A DNA stretch of 64,000 nt from Thermoanaerobaculia bacterium (GTDB lineage Bacteria; Acidobacteriota; Thermoanaerobaculia; UBA5066): the NCBI GenBank assembly GCA_963816185.1, contig CAWFJJ010000025.1, forward strand, positions 224,001 to 288,000, read 5' to 3'. Positions 21,689-32,436 of the stretch are shown here, in pieces. How positions within the stretch are numbered: position 1 is the stretch's first letter; each line of letters starts with the position of its first letter. The position numbers were made by a program, and so were the translations under genes. The notes under the pieces were generated by a model that did not search any database, was not told the DNA's origin, and saw nothing but the letters and a program-made list of their open reading frames with translations.

Positions 21689-22009
21689 CACTTCGGTCGG
21701 CGGTCGAGCTCCGCCTGTGCGAAATACGCGGACGCCTTGCGAAGAATCTCGTTCGCCCGCTTCAGCTCGCGGATTCTCCCGCTCGAGATCCTTGAGCCGC
21801 TCGCGGTCGGTCGTCGTCAGCCCGGGTCGCCCGCCGCCGTCACGCTCGGCCTGCCGCACCCACTTCCGCAGCGTCTCCGCCGTGCAGCCCATCTTGTCGG
21901 CGATCGACTCGATCGCCGCCCACTGCGACTCGTGCGCTGGCCGCTGCTCGAACACCAGCCGCACCGCCCGCTCACGCACCTCTGCGGGGTACTTGCTTCG
22001 TCTTCCCAT
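21688..22009 (-). CDS. IS3 transposase OrfA (contains an indel)
   Basis: [14 protein letters not shown]...[25 protein letters not shown]. Confidence 0.85.
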
Positions 22010-22619
22010 GGCTCCATCCTCTCAACTGTCGGAGCCTCCGGGAAACCCGGGGCGATTCACTCAAACCGTAGTTCGATAAACGAGCAGGATATTTTACCGC
22101 TTCTTTAGAAGGTCGCCCAGCCTCACTTAAGATCGTGCCTCCGCCCCGAACCAGCGGTACACCAGGCGGCATCGTAGAGGACGGCGCAGCCGAGGATCGA
22201 TTGGGCGGGAGGTGACTCGTGGGACTTCGTCGCCGGCCAACGTGACAGGAAGAGAGTCTTCTCGTCATGTGCACGGTGAGGACGAGAGATTTGTAGCCCG
22301 GCGCGGAAATGTGAAGAGCGTACGAGCGGTCCCCGGACTCGACCGGCTCGTAAGGCGAAGGAGCGGCGAGGGTCCAACGAAGAATCGCCGTGATCTTTCC
22401 GGTCTCCAGTCGGTCAGCGTGAGCGTCGTGTCGGCGACGGGGTTTCCGTCGGAGTCTTGATGATGCCGTGGGCGGACACGCCGCGCAGGCCTGCACGATC
22501 ATCTGGATAGGATCACGGCCAGGCACGCGCGGAAGCGGGAAAAGCCCATGGCGACACCGCTCGCGGATTCTATCCAATCCGTCCCTCGCTGGTGAAGATC
22601 CACACAACGGCGTTGCGCA

Positions 22620-23470
22620 ATGCGGTATCGTGTACCGCTAACGAAGAATGACCAGCCCTCCAGCAGCATCGGTCCGCGCACGCAAGGCCGGGCGTCCCGC
22701 GCGGACAAGGCGGCCGCCGTCGATCGGAAGTACGTGACCGCGCTCGGGCGCGGCTTGCAGGTCCTGCGCTGCTTCGGCTCGCGGGACCGCTGGCTGGCGA
22801 ACCAGGAGATCGCGCTTCGAACCGGCCTCGCGAAGCCGACCGTCACCCGGCTCGCGTACACGCTCGTCCGCGCCGGCTACCTCCGCACCCGGAGCGCACG
22901 GGAGCTACGCGCTCTCGAGCGCGGCGCGCAGGCTCGGCTTCGTCGCCATGGCCCAGATGGACGTCCGCCGCGTGGCGCGGGAGCCGATGCAGAGGCTCGC
23001 GGAATACGTCCAGGGCGCGATCCACCTCTCCGTGAGGGAGGGCCTGTCGATGGTCCTCGTCGATACCTACCGGAATCCGAGCGCGTTCTTCGTCGAGATC
23101 GGAGCTCGCGTTCCCATCGCCTCCACGTCGATCGGGCGCGCCTTCTTCTGCGGGCTGCCCGAGAAGGAGCAACGGAAGCTCCTCGACGAGCTCCGCGAAG
23201 AGCATGCGGATCAGTGGCCGCAGCTCCGGAAGGCGTTCGACCGCGCCGTTCGCGACCATCGGCAGCACGGGTTCTGCGTGGCCCTCGGCGAGTGGCGGCG
23301 GGAGGTGAACGGAGTGTCGGTTCCGCTCGCCCTTGCGGAGGAGACCAGCCGTCGTCTTCAGCTGCAGCGGCGCCTCGTTCCAGCTGGACGCCGGCCTCCT
23401 GGAAAAGGAGATCGGCCCGCGCCTGCTCACGCTCGTGGGCAACGTCCGCTCCGCGCTCGCAGGCACCTAG
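22620..23470 (+). CDS. IclR-family transcriptional regulator, frameshifted
   Basis: YVTALGRGLQVLRCF...RTGLAKPTVTRL HTH; IGARVPIASTSIGRA effector domain; ends GNVRSALAGT*. Confidence 0.85.
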
Positions 23471-23490
23471 GAGGCGCCTTGTCGCAATTT

Positions 23491-23516
23491 GTGAAACTAT
23501 ATTCCGCCTGATGAAA
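23491..23516. promoter_or_regulatory. Candidate IclR operator upstream of the beta-oxidation cluster
   Basis: AT-rich imperfect palindrome GTGAAA-CTATA-TTCCGC followed by CTGATGAAA, between iclR and the acyl-CoA dehydrogenase. Confidence 0.4.
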
Positions 23517-23595
23517 TGACTTGCCGCAAGTGGCTCGGATCTCATAGACTCCGTCGCGTCGAGTCTGAACGGGCCGTGCTTCGAAGGAGGACGCC

Positions 23596-24736
23596 GTGGA
23601 CTTCACGCTTCCGGAAGAAGCGCTCGCGCTACGCGACACGATCAGGAGGTTCGTCGAGCGCGAGCTCGATCCGATCTCCGAGCAGGTCGAGGAAGAGGAC
23701 CGGATTCCCGACGGCGTCGTCACGAAGATGGCCGAGATGGGCCTCTTCGGCCTCGCCATCCCGGAGGAGTACGGCGGGCAGGGGCTGCCCGTCGATCGCG
23801 CAATGCGCCGTCAACGAGGAGCTTTCCCGCACGAACGCCTGCTTTCGGACGCGCATCGGGACGAACAACGGCATCGGCTCGATGGGCATCCTCATCGGCG
23901 GGAGCGAGGAGCTGAAGAGGAAGTACCTGCCGGAGATGGCCGCCGGCCGGCTCATCGGCTCTTTCGCCCTCACCGAGCCCGACGCGGGCTCGGACGCCTC
24001 GCGCCTGAAGACCACGGCGGAGCTCAAAGGCGACACGTACGTCGTCAACGGCGTCAAGCACTTCATCACGAACGGCGACATCGCCGGCGTCCACACGGTC
24101 ATGGCCGTCACCGACAAGTCGAAGGGCTCGAAAGGCATCTCCGCGTTCGCGATCGAGAAGGGATTCCCCGGCGTGTCGGTGGGCACGATCGAGAAGAAGA
24201 TGGGTCTGCGCGGCTCGCACACGGTCGAGCTGGTGTTCGAAGACTGCGAGGTCCCCCGGAAAAACCTGCTCGGGCGCGAGGGCGAGGGGTTCAAGCTCGC
24301 GATGAAGGTGCTCGACAAGGGGCGCCTCACCATGGCGGCCTGCGCGCTCGGCGCCCTCGAGAAGCTCATCGCGCTCTCGACCGAGCAGGCCAAGACTCGG
24401 GTGACCTTCGGCGAGCCCATCGCGAACCGCCAGGCGATCCAGTGGATGCTCGTGGACATGGCCATCTCGGCCTACGCGGTCCGGCACGCCACCTATCACG
24501 CGGCCTGGAAGCTCGACCGCGGCGAGCGCGTCACCAAGGAAGCCGCAATGGTGAAGGTCTTCGCGACCGAGGCGGCGAACAAGGCCGCGGACAGCGCCGT
24601 CCAGATCTTCGGAGGGATGGGCTACATGAAGGGCACGGCCGTGGAGCGGTTCTACCGCGATCTGAGGCTCATGCGGATCTACGAAGGGACGTCGGAGATC
24701 CTGCGGATGATCGTCGCCCGCGAGATGACCGCGTGA
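23596..24736 (+). CDS. Acyl-CoA dehydrogenase (frameshift ~23790)
   Basis: FALTEPDAGSDA, NGVKHFITNG, KMGLRGS, QIFGGMGY, IYEGTSEI. Confidence 0.9.
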
Positions 24737-24791
24737 AGCTCGATCCGCGGCTTCGAAACGACGCCGAATCCGGAGAAGGGGAGCGGGCGAC

Positions 24792-26599
24792 ATGACCGAC
24801 AAGCTCGTCAACTTGCGCGACATTCGTTTCGTCCTGTACGAGGTGCTGAAGGTCGAAGGCCTGCTCGACTCGGAGCGGTACTCCGGGCACTCGCGCGAGA
24901 CCTTCGACATGGCGATCGACGCCGCGTACAAGCTGGCGCGCGAGGTCTTCTGGCCGGCCTACGCGTACATGGACCGGAACGGTGTGACGTACGACGCCAA
25001 GACCCAGAAGACGCGCGTGCCGGAGTCCATGCACACGGTCTGGGCCGCCTACGAAGGAAGGCGGCTGGTACGGCAGCACCGACCGGCCGAGCAGGGCGGG
25101 CAGCAGTTCCCGGGCACCGTGGGCGCGCGCCACGCGTTGATCTTCAACGCCGCGAACACCGCCGCCCACATGTACATCGGCGGGGCCGTACGGCGCCGCC
25201 GGACCTGATCGGCAGTCGTTCGGCAGACGAGAAGCTGAAGGACGACCTACGTCGAGAAGCTGTACGGCGGCGAATGGGGCGGGACCATGTGCCTCACCGA
25301 GCCCCAGGCCGGCAGCTCGCTCAGCGACGTCAAGACGACCGCCGTCAAGGCGAGGGACGGCGACTACTACCTGCTGACCGGGACGAAGTGCTTCATCTCC
25401 AGCGGCGATCACGACCTCACGGAGAACATCGTCCATCCCGTGCTCGCGAAGCTCGCCGGGCGCACCGCCCGGGGTCAAGGGCATCAGCTTGTTCATCGTT
25501 CCGAAGTACCGCATCAAGCCGGACGGCTCGGTCGGCGAGTTCAACGACGTGGTGACCGCCGGCATCGAGCACAAGCTGGGCCTGCGCGGCAACGCGACGG
25601 CCACGCTGAGCTTCGGCGAGAACGGCGACTGCCACGGCTGGCTGATGGGCGAGCCGAACAACGGCCTCGCGTACATGTTCCAGCTGATGAACAGCGCGCG
25701 CATCGCCACGGGCGTGCAGGCGACCGCGGTCGCGTCGAACGCCTACCAGCACGCACTCCAGTACGCGAAGGAACGGCTGCAGGGGCGCGCCATCACCGAG
25801 AAGGATCCGACCAAGCCTCAGATCTCCGATCATCAAGCATGCCGACGTCCGGCGGATGCTGCTCGCGCAGAAGGCTACACCGAGGGCATGTTCGCCCTGC
25901 TCGCGTACGCCGCGAACCTGATGGACAGGAACCGCGTCTCGGCGAGCGCGGAGGAGCGTGGCGCGCCGCGGACATCCTGGAGTCCTGACCCCGGTCTGCA
26001 AAGCCTACGGCTCGGACATCTCCTTCCAGTCGACGGTCCTCGCCATCCAGGTGCTACGGCGGCTACGGCTTCTCGAGGAGTTCCCGCTCGCGCAGATGCT
26101 CCGCGACCAGAAGGTCTTCTCGATCTACGAGGGACGAACAACATCCAGGCGATGGATCTGCTCGGCCGCAAGGTCGTCATGAAGGACGGCGCCTCGTTCA
26201 GGGCGCTGGCGGGCGAGATCGCGAAGACCATCGAGGAAGCGCGCGGCCTCGCGCCGCTGAAGGACATGACCGACAAGGTGGAGGCGGCCCTGCGGACGGT
26301 CGTCGAGCCACCCAGCATCTCGCGCACGCTGCGTCGGCGAGATCGATCTCTATATGAGCTACGCGAGCCCGTATCTGCAGATGTTCTCGCAGCTCGTCGT
26401 CTCGTGGCAGCTCCTCTGGGAGTCCGTCGTCGCGCAGAAGGCGCTGGACGGCGGGTCGTCCGAGCGGGACTTCTACCTGGGCAAGCTGGCGACGGCGCAG
26501 TTCTACGTCAACAACGACCTGGCATACGCCCACACGACGGCCAGGATCATCAAGACCGGCGACCGCACGGCGCTCGATTGCCGGGCGGAATGGCTCTGA
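24792..26599 (+). CDS. Long (~600 aa) acyl-CoA dehydrogenase, multiple frameshifts
   Basis: MCLTEPQAGS, GTKCFISSGDHDLTENI, EHKLGLRG, MFQLMNSAR, IYEG-TNNIQAMDLLGRK. Confidence 0.85.
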
Positions 26600-26627
26600 C
26601 ACCCAGCGGGCTCCACATGGAGGACCC

Positions 26628-28719
26628 ATGAGCTCGGCGGACTACTCGACGCACGGCGCGGTGGCGGTTTTGACCCTGAACAATCCTCCGGTGAACGGCC
26701 TCGGCCACGAGCTGCGCGGGGCGATCGTGGCCGGGCTCGACCGGGCTCTCGCGGATCCCGCCGTGAAAGCCATCGTCCTCATCGGCGCCGGCAAGGCCTT
26801 CTCCGGCGGCGCGGACATCGCGAGTTCAACTCTTCCAAGGCGCTGCGCCGAGCCGAACCTGGGCTCGGTCATCCGCGCCGTGGAGCGGAGCCCGAAGCCC
26901 GTGGTCGCGGCGATCCACGACGGTGGCATGGGCGGCGGTCTGGAGCTGGCGCTGGGGTGCCACTACCGGGTGGCGACGCCGGGCGCGCAGATCGCGTTTC
27001 CCGAGGTGAAGCTCGGCCTCCTGCCGGGCGCCGGCGGAACGCAGCGCCTTCCGCGCGTCGTGGGTCTCGAGACGGCGCTCAGCATGATCGTCTCCGGGAC
27101 CCGGTGCCGTCGGAGAAGCGCTGAAGACACGACCTGTTCGACGCGATCATCGAAGGCGACCTGCTGGAGGGCGCGATCGCGTTCGCCGACGAGGTGGCCG
27201 ACGTGCGGCCTCTGCAGCTCGTGCGCGAACGTCCCGATCACCGACCCGAACGCACAGGCCTTCTTCGCCTTGGCGCGCACCACGGTGAAGGCGGTGCGCG
27301 AAGGGGTACCCGGCGCCGGCAAAGTGCGTGGAGGCGGTGGAGGCGCGGCCACGAAGCCGTTCGAGGAGGGGCTCGGCCTGGGAGCGCGAGTCTTCCTGGA
27401 GCTGGTCCAGACGACCGAGTCGAAGGCGCTCCGCCACGTCTTCTTCGCCGAGCGCGCCGCCGCCAAGATCCCCGACGTCCCGGAGGGCACGCCCACGCGG
27501 CCGATCGAGTCGGCGGCCATCATCGGCGCCGGGACCATGGGCGGCGGCATCGCCATGACCTTCGCCAACGCCGGCATCCCGGTGACGGTGCTCGAGGTGA
27601 AGCAGGAGGCGCTCGACAAGGGGCTCGCGGTCATCCGCAAGAACTACGAGGGCTCGGTCGAAGAAGGGGAAGCTGACGCCGGCCGCAGGTCGAGGAGCGC
27701 ATGGCGCTGCTCCAGCCCCACGCTCGACTACGCGGCGCTCGGGCAGGCCGACCTCGTCATCGAGGCGGTGTTCGAGGACATGGGCGTCAAGAAGAAGGTC
27801 TTCCGCAAGCTCGACGAGGTGATGAAGCCGGGCGCCATCCTCGCCACCAACACCTCGACGCTCGACATCGACCGGATCGCCTCGTTCACCCGGCGGCCCG
27901 CAGGACGTGATCGGGACTGCACTTCTTCAGCCCGGCGAACATGATGAGGCTGCTGGAGATCGTGCGCGGGCGCGAGACGGCGCGGACGTGCTGGCGACGG
28001 CGATGGCGCCTCGGCGAAGAAGCTCAAGAAGACCGGCGTGGTGTCCGGCGTCTGCGACGGCTTCATCGGGAACCGGATGCTCGACGGCTACTGCGCAGGC
28101 GGAGTTCCTGCTCGAGGAGGGGGCGCTGCCCCAGCAGGTGGACGGGGCGCTCGAGAAGTTCGGCATGGCCATGGGGCCGTTCCGCGTGGCCGACCTGGCC
28201 GGCGTCGACATCGGCTGGGCCATCCGCAAGCGCCACTACGCCGAGCACCCCGACGAGCCGCGCCAGGTCATCGCCGACGACGTCTGCGAGCTGGGCCGCT
28301 TCGGCCAGAAGACCGGCGCGGGCTGGTACCGGTACGAGGCCGGCAAGCGCGACGCCATCCCCGATCCGGAGGTCGAGGCGATCGTCTGGCCGGCTCGAAG
28401 GAGCGCGGCATCGCCCGGCGCAAGATCCCGAGCGAGGAGATCGTCGAGCGCTGCATCTACGCGCTCGTGAACGAGGGCGCGCGGATCCTCGAGGAGGGCA
28501 TCGCCCTGCGCGCCTCCGACATCGACGTGGTCTACATCACCGGCTACGGCTTCCCGGCCTTCCGCGGCGGCCCGATGCGCTATGCCGACAAGGTGGGCCT
28601 CTTCGACGTGGTCCGCTCCATGGACCGGTTCGCGCGCGCTCCCGCACGGCGACCGCGCGTTCTGGAAGCCGGCCGCGCTGCTCGCGCGGCTCGCCGCCGA
28701 GGGCAAGTCCTTCACCTGA
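26628..28719 (+). CDS. Bifunctional enoyl-CoA hydratase / 3-hydroxyacyl-CoA dehydrogenase, frameshifted
   Basis: NPPVN, GGGLELALGCHYR, PEVKLGLLPGAGGTQRLPR, GAGTMGGGI, EAVFE, TNTSTL, GFIGNR, GYGFPAFRGGP. Confidence 0.88.
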
Positions 28720-28734
28720 GCCACGGAGAACGCC

Positions 28735-29904
28735 ATGGCCGACACCGTCATCGTCTCGACCGCCCGCACCGGCCTCGCCAAGTCCTAGCGCGGCGCCTTC
28801 AACATGACCCATGGCGCGACGCTGGGCGGCCATGTGGTCAAGGCGGCGGTCGAGCGCGCCGGCGTCGACCCGGCCGAGGTCGAGGACGTGATCCTCGGCT
28901 GCGCCATGCCCGAGGGCGCGACGGGCTGCAACATCGCGCGCCAGATCGCGCTGCGCGCCGGGCTGCCGGTGACCACCAGCGGCGACCACCGTCGACCGGT
29001 ACTGCTCCTCGGGGCTCCAGGCCATCGCGATCGCCGCGCATCGGGTCATCGTCGGACAAGGTGCCGGTGCTGGTGGCCGGCGGGGTCGAGTCGATCTCCT
29101 GCGTGCAGAACGAGCTGAACGGCACATGTTCCAGAGACTGGCTGACCGAGCACAAGCCCGCGATCTAGATGAGCATGCTCGAGACGGCCGAGACCGTGGC
29201 CAAGCGCTACGGCATCGCGCGCGAGCGGCAGGACGAGTACGGGGCCGGAGCCAGCAGCGCGCCGCCGCGGCCCGGCCGCCGGCAAGTTCGACGAGGAGAT
29301 CGTGCCGATGCGACGGTCGAAGGGCGTCGCCGACAAGGCCCGGGCGCCAAGTCACGAAGGAGGTGACCCTCACCGGCGACGAAGGCATCCGCGCCGACAC
29401 CACCTCGAGGGCTCGCGAGCTCAAGCCGGTGATGGGCGGCATCATCACCGCCGGCAACGCCAGCCAGTTCTCCGACGGCGCCTCGGCCTGCGTGGTGATG
29501 GACGCGCAAGCTGGCCGAGAAGCGCGGCCTGAAGCCGCTCGGCATCTTCCGCGGCTTCGCCGTGGCCGGCTGCGAGCCGGACGAGATGGGCATCGGCCCG
29601 GTCTTCGCCGTGCCCAAGCTCCTCGAGCGCGACCGGCTCAAGGTCGAGGACATCGGGCTGTGGGAGCTGAACGAGGCCTTCGCCGTGCAGGTGCATCTAT
29701 TGCCGCGACAGGCTGGGCATCCCGGACGAGCGGCTCAACGTCAACGGCGGCGCGATCGCCGTCGGCCATCCCTATGGCATGACGGGCTCGCGCCTCGTCG
29801 GCCACGCCCTGATCGAGGGCAAGCGCCGCGGCGCGAAGTACGTCGTCGTCACCATGTGCATCGGCGGCGGCATGGGGGCCGCGGGGCTGTTCGAGGTGGC
29901 GTGA
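28735..29904 (+). CDS. Acetyl-CoA C-acyltransferase (thiolase), with in-frame TAG at 28786 and frameshifts
   Basis: [60 protein letters not shown]. Confidence 0.88.
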
Positions 29905-29934
29905 CGACGCCGGGCCGACTTGGCCTAGATCGCG

Positions 29935-31212
29935 GTGCTCGACGCCTATATCTACGACGGCCTCCGTTCCCCTTTCGGGCGCCACGCCGGCTCTCTCGCC
30001 GCCGTTCGCCCCGACGATCTCGCGGCCGAGGTGATGCGGGCTCTGATCGCACGCTCGCCCTGGAAAGCGGCGGACGTGGAAGACATCTATCTGGGCTGCG
30101 CCAACCAGGCGGGGGAGGACTCGCGCAACGTGGCACGGCACGCGGGCCTGCGGCGGGCTTTCCGGCGGCGGTCCCGGCGCAGACCGTGAACCGGCTCTGT
30201 GCGAGCGGCCTTGCCGCGGTGATCGACGCCGCCCGCGCGATCACCTGCGGCGAGGGAGAGCTGTACATCGCGGGCGGCGTGGAAAGCATGAGCCGGGCGC
30301 CCTTCGCCGTGGCGAAGGCCGAGGCGCCCTACTCCCGCGAGCTGCGCGTCTATGACACGGCGCTGGGCGCCCGGTTCCCCAATCCGAGGATCATGAAGTC
30401 CTATGGCTCGGATTCCATGGCCCAGACGGGCGACAACGTCGCCAGGGACCACGGCATCTCGAGAAGCCAGGCCGACGAGTTCGCCGCGCAGTCGCAGGAG
30501 AAGTACGAGAAGGCGCGCGCCGCGGGGTTCTTCGCGGGCGAGATCCACCCATCGACGTTCCGACGGGCAAGAAAACGCCGCCCAAAACCGTGAGCGGCGG
30601 ACGAGCATCCCCGGCCCGGGTCGACGGTGGAAGCTCTCTCGAAGCTCCGGCCTCTGTTCGAAGGCGGCGTGGTCACGGCCGGCAACGCCTCCGGCATCAA
30701 CGACGGCGCCGCGGCGCTGCTCGTCGGGAGCCGGGCCGCAGGCGAGCGCGTCGGAGCGAGACCGTTGGCGCAGATTGTGGCCGCGGGCGCCGCGGGCGTG
30801 GAGCCTCGCGTCATGGGCCTCGGCCCCGTGTACGCGATCCCGAAGGCGCTCGCCCGCGCGGGGCTCACGCTCGACGAGATGGACTTGATCGAGATCAACG
30901 AGGCCTTCGCCAGCCAGGTGCTGGGCTGCCTCAAGCTCCTCGGGATCAGCTTCGACGATTCTCGTGTCAATCCCAACGGAGGAGCCATCGCGGTGGGCCA
31001 TCCCGCTGGGGGCCTCCGGCGCCCGGCTGGCCCTCACGGCCGCCCGCGAGCTCCAGCGCAGGAACGGCCGCCACGCCGTCGTCAGCCTGTGCATCGGCGT
31101 GGGCCAGGGACTCGCGATGATCATCGAGCGCACCGTAGGGGCTGAGGTAGACCGGGTCTTAGTGAAGCGGGCAACGCCAACGCCGCTTCGTGCGACAGAC
31201 AGACGGCTCTGA
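29935..31212 (+). CDS. 3-oxoadipyl-CoA-type thiolase (PcaF/PaaJ/DcaF family), frameshifted
   Basis: [63 protein letters not shown]. Confidence 0.85.
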
Positions 31213-31297
31213 CGCCTGCCTCGCTGCTCCTTGATCTGATGCACCTTGCTCACAGGAGGAAATCCGTGAAAGCCCCATGCTTCAGCGGGAGGGGTGC

Positions 31298-32425
31298 ATG
31301 CCTCAATACCGGATCGCGTGGCTTCCCGGCGACGGGGTCGGGCGGGAAGTCATGGATGCGACGCGCCTGGTCCTCGATGCCGTCCGTCTCGACGCCGTCT
31401 ACGAGCCGGGCGACATCGGCTGGGAGTTCTGGCGACGCGAAGGGGACGCGTTCCCGCCCCGGACGGTCGATCTCCTGAAACACGTCCACGCGGCTCTCTT
31501 CGGCGCGGTCACGTCGAAGCCGACAGCCGCCGCGGAAAGAGAGCTCGTCCCGGAGCTGCAGGGCCGGGGTCTCTCCTACCGCTCGCCGGTCGTGCGCATG
31601 CGGCAGCTCTTCGACCTGTACGTCTGTCTGAGGCCCTGCAAGGCGTATCCCGGAAACCCGCTCAATTTCAGGGAAGGGCTCGACCTCGTCATCTTCCGCG
31701 AGAACACGGAGGATCTTTATTCGGGAGTCGAGTTCTCGCCGGTTCCGGCCGCGCTCTCGGCGATCCTCGCGAAGCTCACTCCCGCCTTCTCCCCGTTCCA
31801 GCTCCTGCCCGCGGACGCATTCGCCGTCTCCTGCAAGATCAACACGCGCAAGGGCTCCGCGCGGATCGCGCGCGCGGCCTTCGAGTTCGCGAAGGCGAAC
31901 GGGCGGAAGAAGGTGACGATCGTCCACAAGGCGAACGTCGTCCGGGCATCGGACGGGCTCTTCCTCGAAGAGGCTCGCAAGGTCGCCGCGGACTACCCCG
32001 GCATTCGAACCGATGAAGCCAACGTCGACGCCATCTGCATGTGGCTGCTGAAGAATCCCACCGGCTACGACGTCCTCGTGGCGCCGAACCTCTACGGCGA
32101 CATCATCTCCGACCTCTGCGCCCAGATGGTCGGAGGGCTCGGCTTCGCCGCCTCCGGGAACATCGGCGAGAAGCTCGCGGTCTTCGAGCCCTCGCACGGA
32201 TCGGCTCCGAAGTACGCCGGCCAGAACAAGGTCAACCCGATCGCGACGATCCTCGCCGCGAAGATGATGCTCGACTGGCTCGGCGAGGCCGCGAAAGGGC
32301 GCGCGGTGGAGAAAGCCGTCGCGGCGGTGCTGCGAGAGGGCCGCGCGCGGACGTACGACATGGGAGGCGCCTCGACGACGCTCGAGATGGGCGAAGCCGT
32401 CGCGCGCACGCTTCCCCGCGATTGA
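31298..32425 (+). CDS. Isocitrate/isopropylmalate (homoisocitrate-like) dehydrogenase
   Basis: PGDGVGRE, RENTEDLY, VHKANV, NLYGDIISDL, EPSHGSAPKYAG, NPIA. Confidence 0.9.
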   Translation: MPQYRIAWLPGDGVGREVMDATRLVLDAVRLDAVYEPGDIGWEFWRREGDAFPPRTVDLLKHVHAALFGAVTSKPTAAAERELVPELQGRGLSYRSPVVRMRQLFDLYVCLRPCKAYPGNPLNFREGLDLVIFRENTEDLYSGVEFSPVPAALSAILAKLTPAFSPFQLLPADAFAVSCKINTRKGSARIARAAFEFAKANGRKKVTIVHKANVVRASDGLFLEEARKVAADYPGIRTDEANVDAICMWLLKNPTGYDVLVAPNLYGDIISDLCAQMVGGLGFAASGNIGEKLAVFEPSHGSAPKYAGQNKVNPIATILAAKMMLDWLGEAAKGRAVEKAVAAVLREGRARTYDMGGASTTLEMGEAVARTLPRD

Positions 32426-32436
32426 AAGGAAATGCC

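Larger units (their letters stand above)
20749..22059 (-). mobile_element. IS3-family insertion sequence (IS51/IS629/IS6110-like group)
   Basis: Perfect 26-bp terminal IRs TGAATCGCCCCGGGTTTCCCGGAGGC; 1311 bp; orfA and orfB inside. Confidence 0.95.

Noticed and set aside
19900-22600. Short ORFs at 19.9-20.5 kb and 22.1-22.6 kb as genes
   Set aside because: No recognisable motifs or RBS; probably eroded remnants
28786-28788. Amber recoding or pyrrolysine
   Set aside because: Single case in an error-rich zone; TAG is used as a normal stop elsewhere; no pyl genes
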